Shown: positions 1 through 13,482, counted from the first letter of the stretch. The stretch: 64,000 nucleotides of DNA from an uncultured Chloroflexia bacterium (GCA_963813335.1 CAWEYL010000003.1:288001-352000); one strand, 5' to 3'. Notes: a model not told the origin generated them from the sequence alone. Made by a program: numbers and translations.

Positions 1-102
1 GCCGTGGGACTCGTCGGTCACCGCGGGCCACCTCTGCGTGAAGGGACGCTTCGGCTTCGAATTCGTCAACGAGCGCCCGCCGAAGCGGGACCGCTCGGGT
101 CG

Positions 103-444
103 ATGACCGAGCGGATCACCCTCGACGACTTCGAGCGGGTCGACATCCGGGTCGGGACGATCGTCGCGGCCGAGCCGCTCAAGGGCGCGCGCAAGCCGGC
201 CATCCGCCTGGAGATCGATTTCGGGCCGGAGATCGGGATCAAGCGCAGCTCCGCCCAGATCACCGTCCATTACGAGCCCGGGGCGCTGATCGGCCGGCAG
301 GTCGCCGCGGTCGTCAACTTCCCGCCGCGCCAGATCGCGACGGTGATCTCCGAGGTGCTGACGCTTGGGTTCCCCGACGCCGCCGGCGAGGTCGTGCTGA
401 TCGAGCCGGAGCAACAGGTCCCGAACGGGGCCCGCCTCTTCTGA
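103..444 (+). CDS. csaA: tRNA-binding/secretion chaperone CsaA (OB fold)
   Basis: DDFERVDIRVGTIV, KRSSAQIT, VVNFPPRQIA..SEVLTLG and VPNGARLF are typical CsaA motifs; ATG at 103 chosen over the GTG at 4. Confidence 0.9.
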   Translation: MTERITLDDFERVDIRVGTIVAAEPLKGARKPAIRLEIDFGPEIGIKRSSAQITVHYEPGALIGRQVAAVVNFPPRQIATVISEVLTLGFPDAAGEVVLIEPEQQVPNGARLF

Positions 445-498
445 CGTTCGGCGGTAAGGTCAGCAAACACGTCGGCACCTGACCCAATGAGGATCGCC

Positions 499-741
499 AT
501 GGACGACACTGCCGTCTTCGACCACATCAACGCGCTCGCCAGCGAGGAGGAGGCGCTCTACGCCAGCGCCGGCGACGGCGGACTCTCGACCGACGAGAGC
601 GAGCGCCTGAAGGTCATCCAGGTCGAGCTCGACCGCTGTTACGACCTGCTCCACCAGCGCCTGGCCAAACGCTCGGCCGGCCTGGATCCCGACGAGGCAG
701 CGCTCCGCCCGGCCGGGGTCGTGGAGGGCTACCAGCAGTAA
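499..741 (+). CDS. DUF2630 family small protein
   Basis: ELDRCYDLLHQR..GLDPDEA..RP..VVEGYQQ pattern of DUF2630. Confidence 0.8.
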   Translation: MDDTAVFDHINALASEEEALYASAGDGGLSTDESERLKVIQVELDRCYDLLHQRLAKRSAGLDPDEAALRPAGVVEGYQQ

Positions 742-746
742 GCGGC

Positions 747-1616
747 TCAGCCCCAGCCGGACAGGTCGCGCAGGTGGATCCGGGCGTCGTGGGCGTACAC
801 GTTGAAGCCGGTCCCGCGCAGGAAGCCGACCAGCGTCACGCCGAGGCGCTCCGCGGTCTCGATGGCGAGGTCCGACGGCGCCGAGATCGCGCAGACGATC
901 GGGATGCCCGCGACCGCGGCCTTCTGGACGATCTCGAAGCTGACCCGGCCGGACACCATCAGGATCCGATCGTGCAGCGGCATCGCGCCGGCAAGGACCT
1001 GCGAGCCGACCAGCTTGTCCAGCGCGTTGTGCCGCCCGACGTCCTCACGCAGGGCGAGCAGCTCGCCGCTGGGCGTGAACAACGCCGCGGCATGGAGGCC
1101 GCCCGTCTCGTCGAAGGCGCGCTGGGCAGCGCGCAGCAGGTCCGGCAGCGCGAGGATCACCGAGCGCAAGACGACCGGTCCTTCGGGCAGGGGCTCGGCG
1201 CGCAGGGCCACCTCGTCGATCGACGCCTTGCCGCAGATCCCGCACGACGCCGTGGCGATGAAGTGGCGCTCGGCCACCTTCGAGTCGTCGAACTGGCGCG
1301 ACAACCGCACGGTGATGGTGTCGTCCGGCTGGCTGAGCGACGCCGGGTCGCCGCCGGCTGTCGAGACCACCTCGGGGCCCTCGATCAGGCCCTCCGTCCG
1401 CAGGAACCCGACCGCGAGCTCGTCCTCGTTGCCGGGCGTGCGCATCGTGACCGCGACCGCCACCGGCGCCTGATGTGGCCCGGCGGCGCGGATCTCGAGC
1501 GGGGCCTCGCCGACGACACGGTCGTCGCGGACCTCCATCGAATCGGCGCGGATCGCCACGATCCGGCGACTGGTGACGTGGCGGATCGGCGGGGCGTCGT
1601 CGGGGGTCGGCGTCAT
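747..1616 (-). CDS. fdhD: Formate dehydrogenase accessory sulfurtransferase FdhD
   Basis: TMRTPG, SCGICGK, FDETGGLHAAALF, EDVGRHNALDK, SGRVSFE motifs. Confidence 0.95.
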   Translation of the reverse strand: MTPTPDDAPPIRHVTSRRIVAIRADSMEVRDDRVVGEAPLEIRAAGPHQAPVAVAVTMRTPGNEDELAVGFLRTEGLIEGPEVVSTAGGDPASLSQPDDTITVRLSRQFDDSKVAERHFIATASCGICGKASIDEVALRAEPLPEGPVVLRSVILALPDLLRAAQRAFDETGGLHAAALFTPSGELLALREDVGRHNALDKLVGSQVLAGAMPLHDRILMVSGRVSFEIVQKAAVAGIPIVCAISAPSDLAIETAERLGVTLVGFLRGTGFNVYAHDARIHLRDLSGWG

Positions 1617-1645
1617 GCTCGGGAGTGTAGGAGGATGGCGGCGCG

Positions 1646-2095
1646 ATGACAGACCACGGCCTCGACGCTCGCCGCCGCGCCTTCATCGATCGAGCGCGCA
1701 CGGCGACGCTGGTGACGGTCGACGGCGAGGGGCTCCCCCGTCCGGTGCCGATCTGTTTCGTCCTGGCGCCGGATGCCGCGGTCCTGTGGACGCCGATCGA
1801 CGAGAAGCCCAAGCGGACCGACGACCCGCGGGCGCTCGCCCGCGTCCGCGACATCGAGTCGCGGCCCGATGTGGCGATCCTGGTCGAGCGCTGGGACGAG
1901 GACTGGGCGAGGCTGGCCTGGGTGCGCTGCACCGGGCGGGCGACCCTGGTCGATCCGGGCGGGCCGGGTCACGCCGAGGCGGTCGCGGCGCTGCGCGCCA
2001 AGTACCCGCAGTACAGCGCGCAGCGTCTCGAGGCGCGGCCGATGATCCGGGTCGACCTCGATCGCGTCTCCAGCTGGGGCGCCGTCGGCGACTGA
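1646..2095 (+). CDS. PPOX-class F420-dependent oxidoreductase (TIGR03668-like)
   Basis: VPICF, TPIDEKPK, WDEDWARLAWVR, LRAKYPQY motifs. Confidence 0.85.
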   Translation: MTDHGLDARRRAFIDRARTATLVTVDGEGLPRPVPICFVLAPDAAVLWTPIDEKPKRTDDPRALARVRDIESRPDVAILVERWDEDWARLAWVRCTGRATLVDPGGPGHAEAVAALRAKYPQYSAQRLEARPMIRVDLDRVSSWGAVGD

Positions 2096-2122
2096 GCGGC
2101 GGTCCGCCCTGAACGAGCGGCG

Positions 2123-2638
2123 TCAGCAGTCGAACGCGAACCAGCACAGCTCATTGCGCAGCCGCTGGTCGTCCAGCACCAGCTCCCTGATCTCGAGTGA
2201 GAGTCGAGCGCGCTGCCACCGGCACTCCAGGCGGCCGGCCGCCTCGCGCTCGTCGTCAGGCACGGCGGCCCACACCGTCCTGATCGCGTAGGCCGCGGCA
2301 CCCAGCTCGTGGGCTGCCACGTGACCCACCGCCGCGGCCTGCCCGGCAGCGTACGCGGCATGCCGTGCCGCCCCGCGCAGGTCCCGGGCCGCGGCGTTCG
2401 CATGGCCGCCCGCCGCGCGGGCCTCTGCCCAGGTGACCTCGCCGCGCGCCCAGGCACGCCCAAGGGCGATCGCCCGACGTGGACGGTCGTCCTCCGGCCG
2501 TGCCCGCTCGAAGTGGTGCAGCACGTGCTCCGCGCAGTCAGCCGCCCACGTCGCAAGCAGGCGATGATCGTCGTCCTGGAGGGTCCCGCCACGACGCACG
2601 GTGATGAACCGTGGATCCCGGACCTTGGGGAGGATCAT
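2123..2638 (-). CDS. Imm-5-like 'putative immunity protein'
   Basis: RDPRFITVRRGG..DHRLLATWAADCAEHVL..DDRPRRAI and AAGQAAAVGHVAAH motifs. Confidence 0.75.
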   Translation of the reverse strand: MILPKVRDPRFITVRRGGTLQDDDHRLLATWAADCAEHVLHHFERARPEDDRPRRAIALGRAWARGEVTWAEARAAGGHANAAARDLRGAARHAAYAAGQAAAVGHVAAHELGAAAYAIRTVWAAVPDDEREAAGRLECRWQRARLSLEIRELVLDDQRLRNELCWFAFDC

Positions 2639-2710
2639 GAGTCACAGACTCCGATATTTCGGCAAAGACCATGTCCTTGACGGGCCGACGGCGGGCCCTA
2701 GCATGCGGCT

Positions 2711-3280
2711 ATGAACCAGGTCTGGTACTGCGGCAACTGCCGGTCGCTCAACGACGTCCGCAACAAGGTCTGCTACGCCTGCCACGCGAAGCGGTCCGAC
2801 GCCGAGACGGTCCCCGACGGCGCCGCGGCAGCCGGCCTCGGGACCGCCAAGGTCGCCAAGGACCCGAGCTTCTTCGGGGCGCTGCTGGGCGGGCTGATCG
2901 CCGCGGTCGTCTCGCTCGCCGCCTGGTACTTCCTCGAGCGCAACATCGTGCGCGGCTCGTTCTCCATGGCGTGGCTGATCGGCGTGGTGATCGGGTTCGG
3001 CGTGCTGTGGGGCGGCCGCGGCCGCTCGTCGCTCCTGAGCGTCATCCTCAGCGTCCTGCTCACGGTGGCGACCATCGTGATCGGCGAATACCTGCTGATC
3101 TCGAAGTCGCTCGCGGAGGCGAGCGACAAGGTGATCGCCGGGATCCCCATCGCCCCGCCGAGCGCGGTCGTGGATGCCCTCGCCTCGTTCGTCGGCGACG
3201 ACCCGTTCCGGCCGCTCCTGTGGTTCTTCGCGATCTTCGCGGCCGTGGCGATCCCGTGGCGCGGGATGGTGGGCCGCTAG
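2711..3280 (+). CDS. Membrane protein with N-terminal RanBP2-type zinc finger
   Basis: W-x-C-x2-C-x3-N-x6-C-x2-C at the N-terminus followed by ~4 hydrophobic helices. Confidence 0.75.
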   Translation: MNQVWYCGNCRSLNDVRNKVCYACHAKRSDAETVPDGAAAAGLGTAKVAKDPSFFGALLGGLIAAVVSLAAWYFLERNIVRGSFSMAWLIGVVIGFGVLWGGRGRSSLLSVILSVLLTVATIVIGEYLLISKSLAEASDKVIAGIPIAPPSAVVDALASFVGDDPFRPLLWFFAIFAAVAIPWRGMVGR

Positions 3281-3522
3281 GCGCGGACGACCCGCGGGGT
3301 CCAGCGGTCGGGGCCTTCCTCGATGTCCACGCCGATGGCGTCCAGCAGCCGCTGCGACGCGGCCGCGACCTCGGCGATCGCCGCGTCGAACGCGTCGGCG
3401 TTCCGGGCCGCGGGCGTGCGATAGCCGCTGATCTTGCGGACGTACTGGCGGGCGGCGGCCTCCAGTTCGCCCGTCGTGGCCGCGGTGTCGGGCCGGCGAA
3501 GGGTCTTGATGCTTCGGCACAT
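3277..3522 (-). CDS. DUF2277 family protein
   Basis: MCRSIKTL..AAARQYVRKISG..N..AFDAA motif. Confidence 0.85.
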   Translation of the reverse strand: MCRSIKTLRRPDTAATTGELEAAARQYVRKISGYRTPAARNADAFDAAIAEVAAASQRLLDAIGVDIEEGPDRWTPRVVRA

Positions 3523-3593
3523 GCCCGTACGGTACCTCGCTCCCGGGCTCGACGGGTATCGTGGTCGGCGATGGAGCGAACGGACCGCCGACC

Positions 3594-4358
3594 GTGATCG
3601 AAGCCGGCCTGTGGGGCCTCGCGGCTGCATCATCGCTGATCATCGGGGCGCTCCTCGCATTCGGGTTCGACCTGTCGAACGCGAAGCGCGGCCTCGTGCT
3701 CGCCTTCGGCGCGGGCACGCTCCTGGGCGCCGTCGCCTACGAACTGGTCGAGGACAGCCTTTCGACCTCCGAGAACGGGATCGAGGTCGGCGTCGGGTTC
3801 GCCCTCGGTTCCGTCACCTTCTTCGTGGGCAGCGTCCTCATCGACCGCATGCCGGGCAGCGGCGGGTCCGGCGGAACCGGCTCCGTTGCCGAGCGGACGC
3901 GTTCCGCCGCTCGCCGGGGATCGCGGGCGAAGGGCCTCGCCGTCGTCCTCGGGTCCGTCCTCGACGGGATCCCGGAATCGGTCGTCCTCGGGCTCTCGCT
4001 GATCGGCGGCGCCGGGATCGGTATCCCGGTCCTGGTCGCGGTCTTCGTCTCGAACATCCCCGAGGCCCTCTCGGCATCGGAGGACCTGTTGGAGGCGGAT
4101 TTCAAGAAGCGGCAGATCATCGGGATCTGGGTGATCGTCGCGGTGGCCAGCGGCCTGGCGTCGGCGCTCGGCTTCGCCCTCCTCGACACCGCGCCGGTGT
4201 TCTGGGTCGGGCTCATCGAATCGTTCGCGGCTGGCGCGATCCTCGCCATGCTCGCCGAATCGATGATTCCCGAGGCCTACGAGATCGGCGGACGGCCCGT
4301 GGGCCTCGCGACGTGCGTCGGGTTTGCGCTCGCGGCCTACCTGTCGCTGCGCTTGTGA
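3594..4358 (+). CDS. ZIP family metal (zinc) transporter
   Basis: Multiple TM helices; LDGIPES, SNIPEAL, FAAGAILAMLAESMIPEA motifs; start uncertain (GTG 3561 or 3594). Confidence 0.85.
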   Translation: MIEAGLWGLAAASSLIIGALLAFGFDLSNAKRGLVLAFGAGTLLGAVAYELVEDSLSTSENGIEVGVGFALGSVTFFVGSVLIDRMPGSGGSGGTGSVAERTRSAARRGSRAKGLAVVLGSVLDGIPESVVLGLSLIGGAGIGIPVLVAVFVSNIPEALSASEDLLEADFKKRQIIGIWVIVAVASGLASALGFALLDTAPVFWVGLIESFAAGAILAMLAESMIPEAYEIGGRPVGLATCVGFALAAYLSLRL

Positions 4359-4811
4359 GCGGGACGGAGGCGGAGACGGGGGCGCGGGCGGCGGCCGACG
4401 TGGTCGAGACGCTCGGGATGCGGCCGCATCCCGAGGGCGGCTGGTACGTCGAGACGTGGCGGGCGCCCGAGCCGCTCGGTGGTGGCCGGCCCGCGGGCAG
4501 CGCGATCCTGTACCTGCTCGAGGCGGGCCAGCGGTCGCACTGGCACACCGTGGACGCGGCCGAGGTCTGGCAGTGGTCGGCGGGCGATGCGCTGGAGCTG
4601 TCGGTCTGGACGGACGGTGGGGCGGTCGTCCGACACCGGCTGGGCGGCGACGTCGCGGCCGGCGAACGGCCGCAGGTCGTGGTCCCAGCCGGCGCATGGC
4701 AGGCGGCGCGGCCGCTCGGCGCGTGGACGCTGGTCGGCTGCATCGTCACGCCGGCATTCGAGTTCGACGGGGTTCCGCCTGGCGCCCGACGGCTGGGAGC
4801 CGCCGGCGTGA
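4355..4811 (+). CDS. Cupin_5 (DUF985) protein, +1 frameshift near 4770
   Basis: HPEGGWYVETWR, SHWH..DAAEVW, VVPAGAWQAA, LVGCIVTPAFEFDG; C-terminus FRLAPDGWEPPA continues in the next frame after the GGGG run. Confidence 0.85.
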
Positions 4812-4943
4812 GTCCGGCGGTCCGTTCGGCCGGTCGCGTCGGCGGGCGAGCGTGCGGCCCTGACCGACGAGGCCGAGCGGCTGGTCCGGTTCGTGGCCGC
4901 AAGCGCCACGAGCCACCGCGGCGCGCTGGGCGTAGCGGCGGGG

Positions 4944-5214
4944 CGCGGACGATCCGCGGCCGTGCCCAGGTCGTCGTTCCCAGCCGGGATATGCCCACCA
5001 TTCATATCCCAGGGGGAAGGCTCACGACACGGCGCCGTCGGCAGTCGATCGCCGAGCTCCATCCGCGCTCGACCTCGGGCCGATCCTGCGCGATCCCGCC
5101 CGATCAGCCCTCGATCCGGGACAGGACCGTGGGTCCGGCCGTCGTCGTCAGGGACCTTGCCCTGGAGATATGAATGAGCCGCATACGGCGGGCCACACGG
5201 GCGCGGTCTGCCGC
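4944..5214. other. Long imperfect fold-back intergenic element (candidate structured ncRNA or MITE/REP-like repeat)
   Basis: CATTCATATCCCAGG (4999-5013) pairs with CCTGGAGATATGAATG (5161-5176); pairing extends inward and outward; no credible ORF. Confidence 0.55.
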
Positions 5215-5233
5215 AAGGCACCCCTCGCGCGAC

Positions 5234-6445
5234 TCAGCCGCCCTCGCGGAGCCCCCACGGCGACCCGTAGGCGTTCAGCAGATCGAGGAACGGCACGGCG
5301 TCGAACGCCTCCGGGCCGAGCACGCCCGTCCCGCTCCACGTCCCGGCGGCGAGCAGCTCCAGCGCCACGACCGGGTTGATCGCCGTCTGCCAGACCACCG
5401 CCTGCGAGCCGTACTCGCGCATCGTCCACTCGTTGTCGACGACGTGGTAGAGGTAGACCTGCCGCGGCTGGCCGTCCTTCCCGGTGCCGCTGACCCAGGT
5501 GCCGGCACAGGTCTTGCCGTGCATCCGGTCGCCGAGCGTGGCGGGATCCGGGAGCGAGGCGGCCACCACGTCCCGCGGCGAGACCTCGGCGCCGCCGACC
5601 CGGAGCTTGTCGGTCTTGTCGAGGCCCAGCTTGTGCAGCACCTGGAGCACCCCGATGAACTCGTCGCCGAGCCCGTACTTGAAGGTCACCCGCCGGGCAT
5701 CGACCCAGCGCGGGACCAGCAGCACCTCCTCGTGCTCGACGTTCACGCATTCGACCGGCCCGATCCCGTCGGGGAAGTCGAACGTCTCGGGCTCGCTGAA
5801 GGGCGGGGTCGTGTACCAGCCGCGGCCGCGCTCGAAGACGACCGGCGGGTTCAGGCACTCCTCGATCGTGGTCCAGATGGAGAACGACGGGGCGAAGTCG
5901 TAGCCGTCGACGACGAGGTTCGCGCCGTCGCGGATGCCGACCTCGTCGATCGTGCTGAACAGGTGGTCGGCCGCGTACCGGGCGAAGACGTCGGACAGCC
6001 CCGGCTCGACCCCGATCCCGACGAGCGCCAGGCGGCCCGCGTCCGACCAGGCGGACGCCCGCTCGAACTGGGCATCGCCGAGCTTGACCCCGCTCTCCTC
6101 GTAGGGCCGCTCCGGGTGCGGCGACGAGAGCGACATCGCCATGTCGAGGTAGTCGGCACCCGCGGCCAGCGCGCCCTCGAAGATCGGCATCACGAAGCGC
6201 GGATCGACGGCGTTCAGGACGTGCGTGATCCGGTGCTCGCGGGCGAGTGCGGCGACGTCGCCAGCCCTGGACGCATCGACGCGCGCGGCGACGAACCGCG
6301 GGTCGCCGCCCTGGCGGGCGACCGTCGCCTCGGCACGGGTCGCGTCGTAGTCGGCGACCACCATCGTCTCGAAGAAGTCGCGCTTCGCGGCGATCGGGAC
6401 GACGGAGCTGCCGACGCCGCCGGCGCCCACGACGAGGATCCGCAT
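5234..6445 (-). CDS. Saccharopine dehydrogenase family (carboxynorspermidine dehydrogenase-like)
   Basis: GAGGVG Rossmann motif, ADYLDMA, GVEPGLSDVFA, VEHEEV motifs. Confidence 0.85.
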   Translation of the reverse strand: MRILVVGAGGVGSSVVPIAAKRDFFETMVVADYDATRAEATVARQGGDPRFVAARVDASRAGDVAALAREHRITHVLNAVDPRFVMPIFEGALAAGADYLDMAMSLSSPHPERPYEESGVKLGDAQFERASAWSDAGRLALVGIGVEPGLSDVFARYAADHLFSTIDEVGIRDGANLVVDGYDFAPSFSIWTTIEECLNPPVVFERGRGWYTTPPFSEPETFDFPDGIGPVECVNVEHEEVLLVPRWVDARRVTFKYGLGDEFIGVLQVLHKLGLDKTDKLRVGGAEVSPRDVVAASLPDPATLGDRMHGKTCAGTWVSGTGKDGQPRQVYLYHVVDNEWTMREYGSQAVVWQTAINPVVALELLAAGTWSGTGVLGPEAFDAVPFLDLLNAYGSPWGLREGG

Positions 6446-6572
6446 GGAAGTCCCTCCGGTCCGCTGGCTTGGGACCGTAGTGTGCCTCGGGCCTGGCGAC
6501 GGACGGCCACCCGTCCCGCCAGCCGCGGCCCCGTGCCGCCTCAGCCGCAGTCGCGCGCCGCGGCGGTCGCGG

Positions 6573-7175
6573 TCAGCCGGTCGTCGCCCGCCACGTGATC
6601 GGCCCCGTGAAGCAGTGCCGGAGCTCGCGGCAGGCCCCGCCGGTCAGGTCCCAGGTCCGGCCGTTGACGTACGGCCCGCGGTCCACGACCGGCACCGTCA
6701 GGGTGCGGCCGGAGCCCGGATCCTTGAAGGTGACGAGGGTCCCGCAGGGCAGCGTGCGATGGGCGACGCCGACGAGCGACTTGGTCAGGGTCAGACCGCA
6801 GGCCGTCCGCTGGCCATAGAAGCCCGGGCCGTACCACGACACGTCCGAGTCGTGGTGCCACGGGTTGCGGACGACCTTGGTCGCCGGCACCGTCGGCTGG
6901 GCAGCGCGTGGCCGAGCCTGGAGCGGCTCCGTTCGCTGGTCTGGCTCGAGCATCGTCGAGTCGCTGTCCAGGGTCCCGTCAGAGCGGGCCCCCGGATCGG
7001 GGGCGATCGTCATCGACGTCCCGCGGACGGCAGCCGCGATCTCCACGCTTGCGAAGAGATCCGTGTCCGGCATATCGAACGAGCTGGGGCTTCGCGAACC
7101 CACCGGAACGGGGACGGCGACCACGGCGAGCAGGGCGATGAGCGCCATGCTCGCGACGACCCAAGGGTGTCGCAC
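6573..7175 (-). CDS. rlpA: RlpA-family (DPBB) lytic transglycosylase-like protein
   Basis: SWYGPGFYGQRTACG, VAHRTLPCGT, VPVVDRGPY..WDLT; N-terminal hydrophobic segment; start approximate. Confidence 0.8.
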   Translation of the reverse strand: MRHPWVVASMALIALLAVVAVPVPVGSRSPSSFDMPDTDLFASVEIAAAVRGTSMTIAPDPGARSDGTLDSDSTMLEPDQRTEPLQARPRAAQPTVPATKVVRNPWHHDSDVSWYGPGFYGQRTACGLTLTKSLVGVAHRTLPCGTLVTFKDPGSGRTLTVPVVDRGPYVNGRTWDLTGGACRELRHCFTGPITWRATTG

Positions 7176-7260
7176 GTCGGTGACACCGTACCATCGGCGA
7201 GCATTCCGCGCCGTTCGGCCCAGTGCCGGATCCGTTGCAGGACCATCGCAGACCTCCCCG

Positions 7261-8163
7261 ATGCCCACCAGGACCTACCCGCTCGACACCCCGCTGGACC
7301 TCGTCCGGACCCTGCGACCCCTCGCTCGCGGGACCGGCGATGCGACCATGCGCTTCGCCGCCGGCCGAGCCTGGCACGCGACCCGGACGCCGGACGGGCC
7401 GGCCACCTTGGCCCTCACCGTCAGCGGCGACCTTCTGACCGCTGAAGCCTGGGGACCGGGCGCCGATCGGGCGCTCGACGGCGTCCCGGAGCTGGTCGGG
7501 CTGACGGCCGGGCCGATGCGGGTCGCGTCCCACCACCGCCTCGTCGACCAGCTCGCGCGGCGATTCCCGGGCGTCCGGCTCACGCGAACACGGGCGGTGA
7601 TGGAATCGCTCGTCCCGGCGATCCTCGAGCAGAAGGTGACCGGCGACTCGGCCCGCCGCGCGTGGCGCGGCCTCGTGAGCCGGTACGGCGCGCCGGCGCC
7701 CGGGCCCTCCGAGTTCCGCCTCCGCGTCCCGCCACCCGCCGCCGTCCTGGCCGCCCTCCCCTACTACGACTTCCACCCGCTGGGGGTGGAGCAGCGCCGC
7801 GCCGACACGATCCGCCGGGCGGCCGCGCGGGCCGACTGGCTCGAGGCGATCGTCGACCTGCCGATCGACGCGGCCCACGCGCGGATGACCGCCCTGCCCG
7901 GGATCGGGCCGTGGACCGCCGCCGAGGTCGCCGTCCGGGTGCTCGGCGACCCGGACGCCGTGAGCGTCGGCGACTTCCACCTGCCGAACGTCGTCGCCTT
8001 CGCGCTCGCCGGCGAGCCGCGCGCCGACGACGCCCGGATGCTCGAGCTGCTGGAGCCGTGGCGGGGTGAGCGGGCCAGGGTCATCCGGCTCATCGAGCTG
8101 AGCGGGATCGCGCCCCCGAAGTACGGCCCCCGGCTGACGCCGCGCCGCATCGAGCGCGACTGA
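7261..8163 (+). CDS. DNA-3-methyladenine glycosylase 2 family (AlkA/HhH-GPD)
   Basis: [34 protein letters not shown] HhH-GPD motifs. Confidence 0.9.
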   Translation: MPTRTYPLDTPLDLVRTLRPLARGTGDATMRFAAGRAWHATRTPDGPATLALTVSGDLLTAEAWGPGADRALDGVPELVGLTAGPMRVASHHRLVDQLARRFPGVRLTRTRAVMESLVPAILEQKVTGDSARRAWRGLVSRYGAPAPGPSEFRLRVPPPAAVLAALPYYDFHPLGVEQRRADTIRRAAARADWLEAIVDLPIDAAHARMTALPGIGPWTAAEVAVRVLGDPDAVSVGDFHLPNVVAFALAGEPRADDARMLELLEPWRGERARVIRLIELSGIAPPKYGPRLTPRRIERD

Positions 8164-8237
8164 CCGTACACTCGTCGCCGAACCACGCGAGGAGCACGAA
8201 CACGAGCACCGCCACCGATCCCACCGCGACGGACCCC

Positions 8238-11963
<3,726 letters not shown>

Positions 11964-11969
11964 ACGGCC

Positions 11970-12875
11970 TCAGGCCCGCTGGGCCGCCATGCCGCGATAG
12001 GCGGCGACCGCCTCGAGGAACCGGGCGAGTGCCGCAGGCGTGTTCGGGTCGAGCGCCACGATGACGTGGTCCGCGCCGAGTGCCGCGTGCGCCGCCAGCC
12101 CCTCGGCGATGACCTCGGGGCCGCCCTCGAGCGCGCGCCCCGGCACCGCCGCCTCGCCTGGCCCCAAGTCCGGGTAGCGGACCTCCAGCCCGACCGTGAT
12201 CGTCAGCGTCGACGGGTCGCGCCCGACCCGCTCGCATGCCTCCGCGAGCCCCCGACGCCCGGTCGCCAGCCGCTCGTCCGGCAGGCCGAACCAGGCCATG
12301 TTCCAGGCATCGGCGTGGCGTGCCGTCAGGTCGAACATGCGCGGCTGTTTGGCCGCGACCAGGATCGGGATGTCGGGCCGGGCCGGCGGGATCAGGACGG
12401 CGTTGCGGGCGCGCTCGTACGTGCCGTCGAGGTCCACCCGACCCTCCCGGATGAGGCCCGTGATGATGGCCAGCGACTCCTCGAAGCGCGAGACCTTGTG
12501 GTCGGTCGGGAAGCCGAACGCCTCGAACTCCGGGTCGTGCCAGCCCGCGCCGACCCCCAGGATCAGCCGCCCGCCGCTGATGGTGTCGAGCGTGCCGGCC
12601 ATCTTGGCCAGCACCGCCGGGTTGCGGAACGCGGTGCAGAGCACGATCGTGCCGAGCTCCACCCGACGCGTCGCCTCGGCGATCGCGGAGAGGATCGTCC
12701 AGCATTCGTAGAGCCCGGTCGTCGGGTCGTCGCCGAAGCGAAAGAGCAGGTGGTCGTAGACCCAGACCGAATCGAGGCCGCCGGCGTCGGACGCCTGGGC
12801 CATCTCGCGGACGACCTCGTAGGGCACCGGACCGCGCCCTTCGTCCTCGATCGGGAGGACGATGCCGATCTTCAC
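11970..12875 (-). CDS. LLM-class flavin/F420-dependent oxidoreductase
   Basis: DSVWVYDH, FRNPAVLAKMA.TLD.ISGGRLILGVGAGW motifs. Confidence 0.9.
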   Translation of the reverse strand: MKIGIVLPIEDEGRGPVPYEVVREMAQASDAGGLDSVWVYDHLLFRFGDDPTTGLYECWTILSAIAEATRRVELGTIVLCTAFRNPAVLAKMAGTLDTISGGRLILGVGAGWHDPEFEAFGFPTDHKVSRFEESLAIITGLIREGRVDLDGTYERARNAVLIPPARPDIPILVAAKQPRMFDLTARHADAWNMAWFGLPDERLATGRRGLAEACERVGRDPSTLTITVGLEVRYPDLGPGEAAVPGRALEGGPEVIAEGLAAHAALGADHVIVALDPNTPAALARFLEAVAAYRGMAAQRA

Positions 12876-12900
12876 CCGCCGACGGGTGCTGACAGCGCCC

Positions 12901-13380
12901 TCAGCCGATCGCCTTGCGCACCGCTTCTTCCAGCTCGGGGTCGAGGGTGGTCTGGATGACCGTCCCGCCCTTCATCGGCCGGAGTGAGGCGAGGATGCCG
13001 GCCGTGTTCCCGCCATGGAGCAGCACGAAGAGGGCCGAGTGACCGCCTTCGAGCTTGTCCGTCACCTCGCGCACGAAGTCCTTGTCGATGCGGTCGCTCA
13101 CCGCGTGCCCGACGACCGCGCCGCCGATCGCGCCGATCGTCAGTCCGACCACGGGGAAGAAGACCGTGAAGAGCAGGCCGAGGCCGCCGCCGATCGCTGC
13201 TCCGGCGATGGCACTGCCGTCGAGCGTGCCCTTGACGTGGGTCTTGCCATCCGGGTCCTTGCGGATCACCGCGGCGTCGGCGATCTCGACCCCGTCGGCC
13301 GACTGGAGGTTGCGCAGCGCCTGCAGCGCGGCCGCGGCGTCGTCCTCCGATTCGAACGAGACAACGATCAGGTCACTCAT
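12901..13380 (-). CDS. DUF1269 family membrane protein
   Basis: DAAVIRKDPDGK, glycine-zipper helices, IDKDFVREV..L..GHSALFVL. Confidence 0.85.
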   Translation of the reverse strand: MSDLIVVSFESEDDAAAALQALRNLQSADGVEIADAAVIRKDPDGKTHVKGTLDGSAIAGAAIGGGLGLLFTVFFPVVGLTIGAIGGAVVGHAVSDRIDKDFVREVTDKLEGGHSALFVLLHGGNTAGILASLRPMKGGTVIQTTLDPELEEAVRKAIG

Positions 13381-13482
13381 CGTGGACCTCCCTCACTGGG
13401 CTGGCAGTTCGGGTAGACATGCGAATCTACCCTCCGGCGGGGGGCGTCATCCCGAGATCGGGTCCCCTGCTACGATCGGCCG

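Noticed and set aside
8164-8237. Cobalamin or SAM riboswitch upstream of metH
   Set aside because: The gap is only ~74 bp and no consensus elements are visible.
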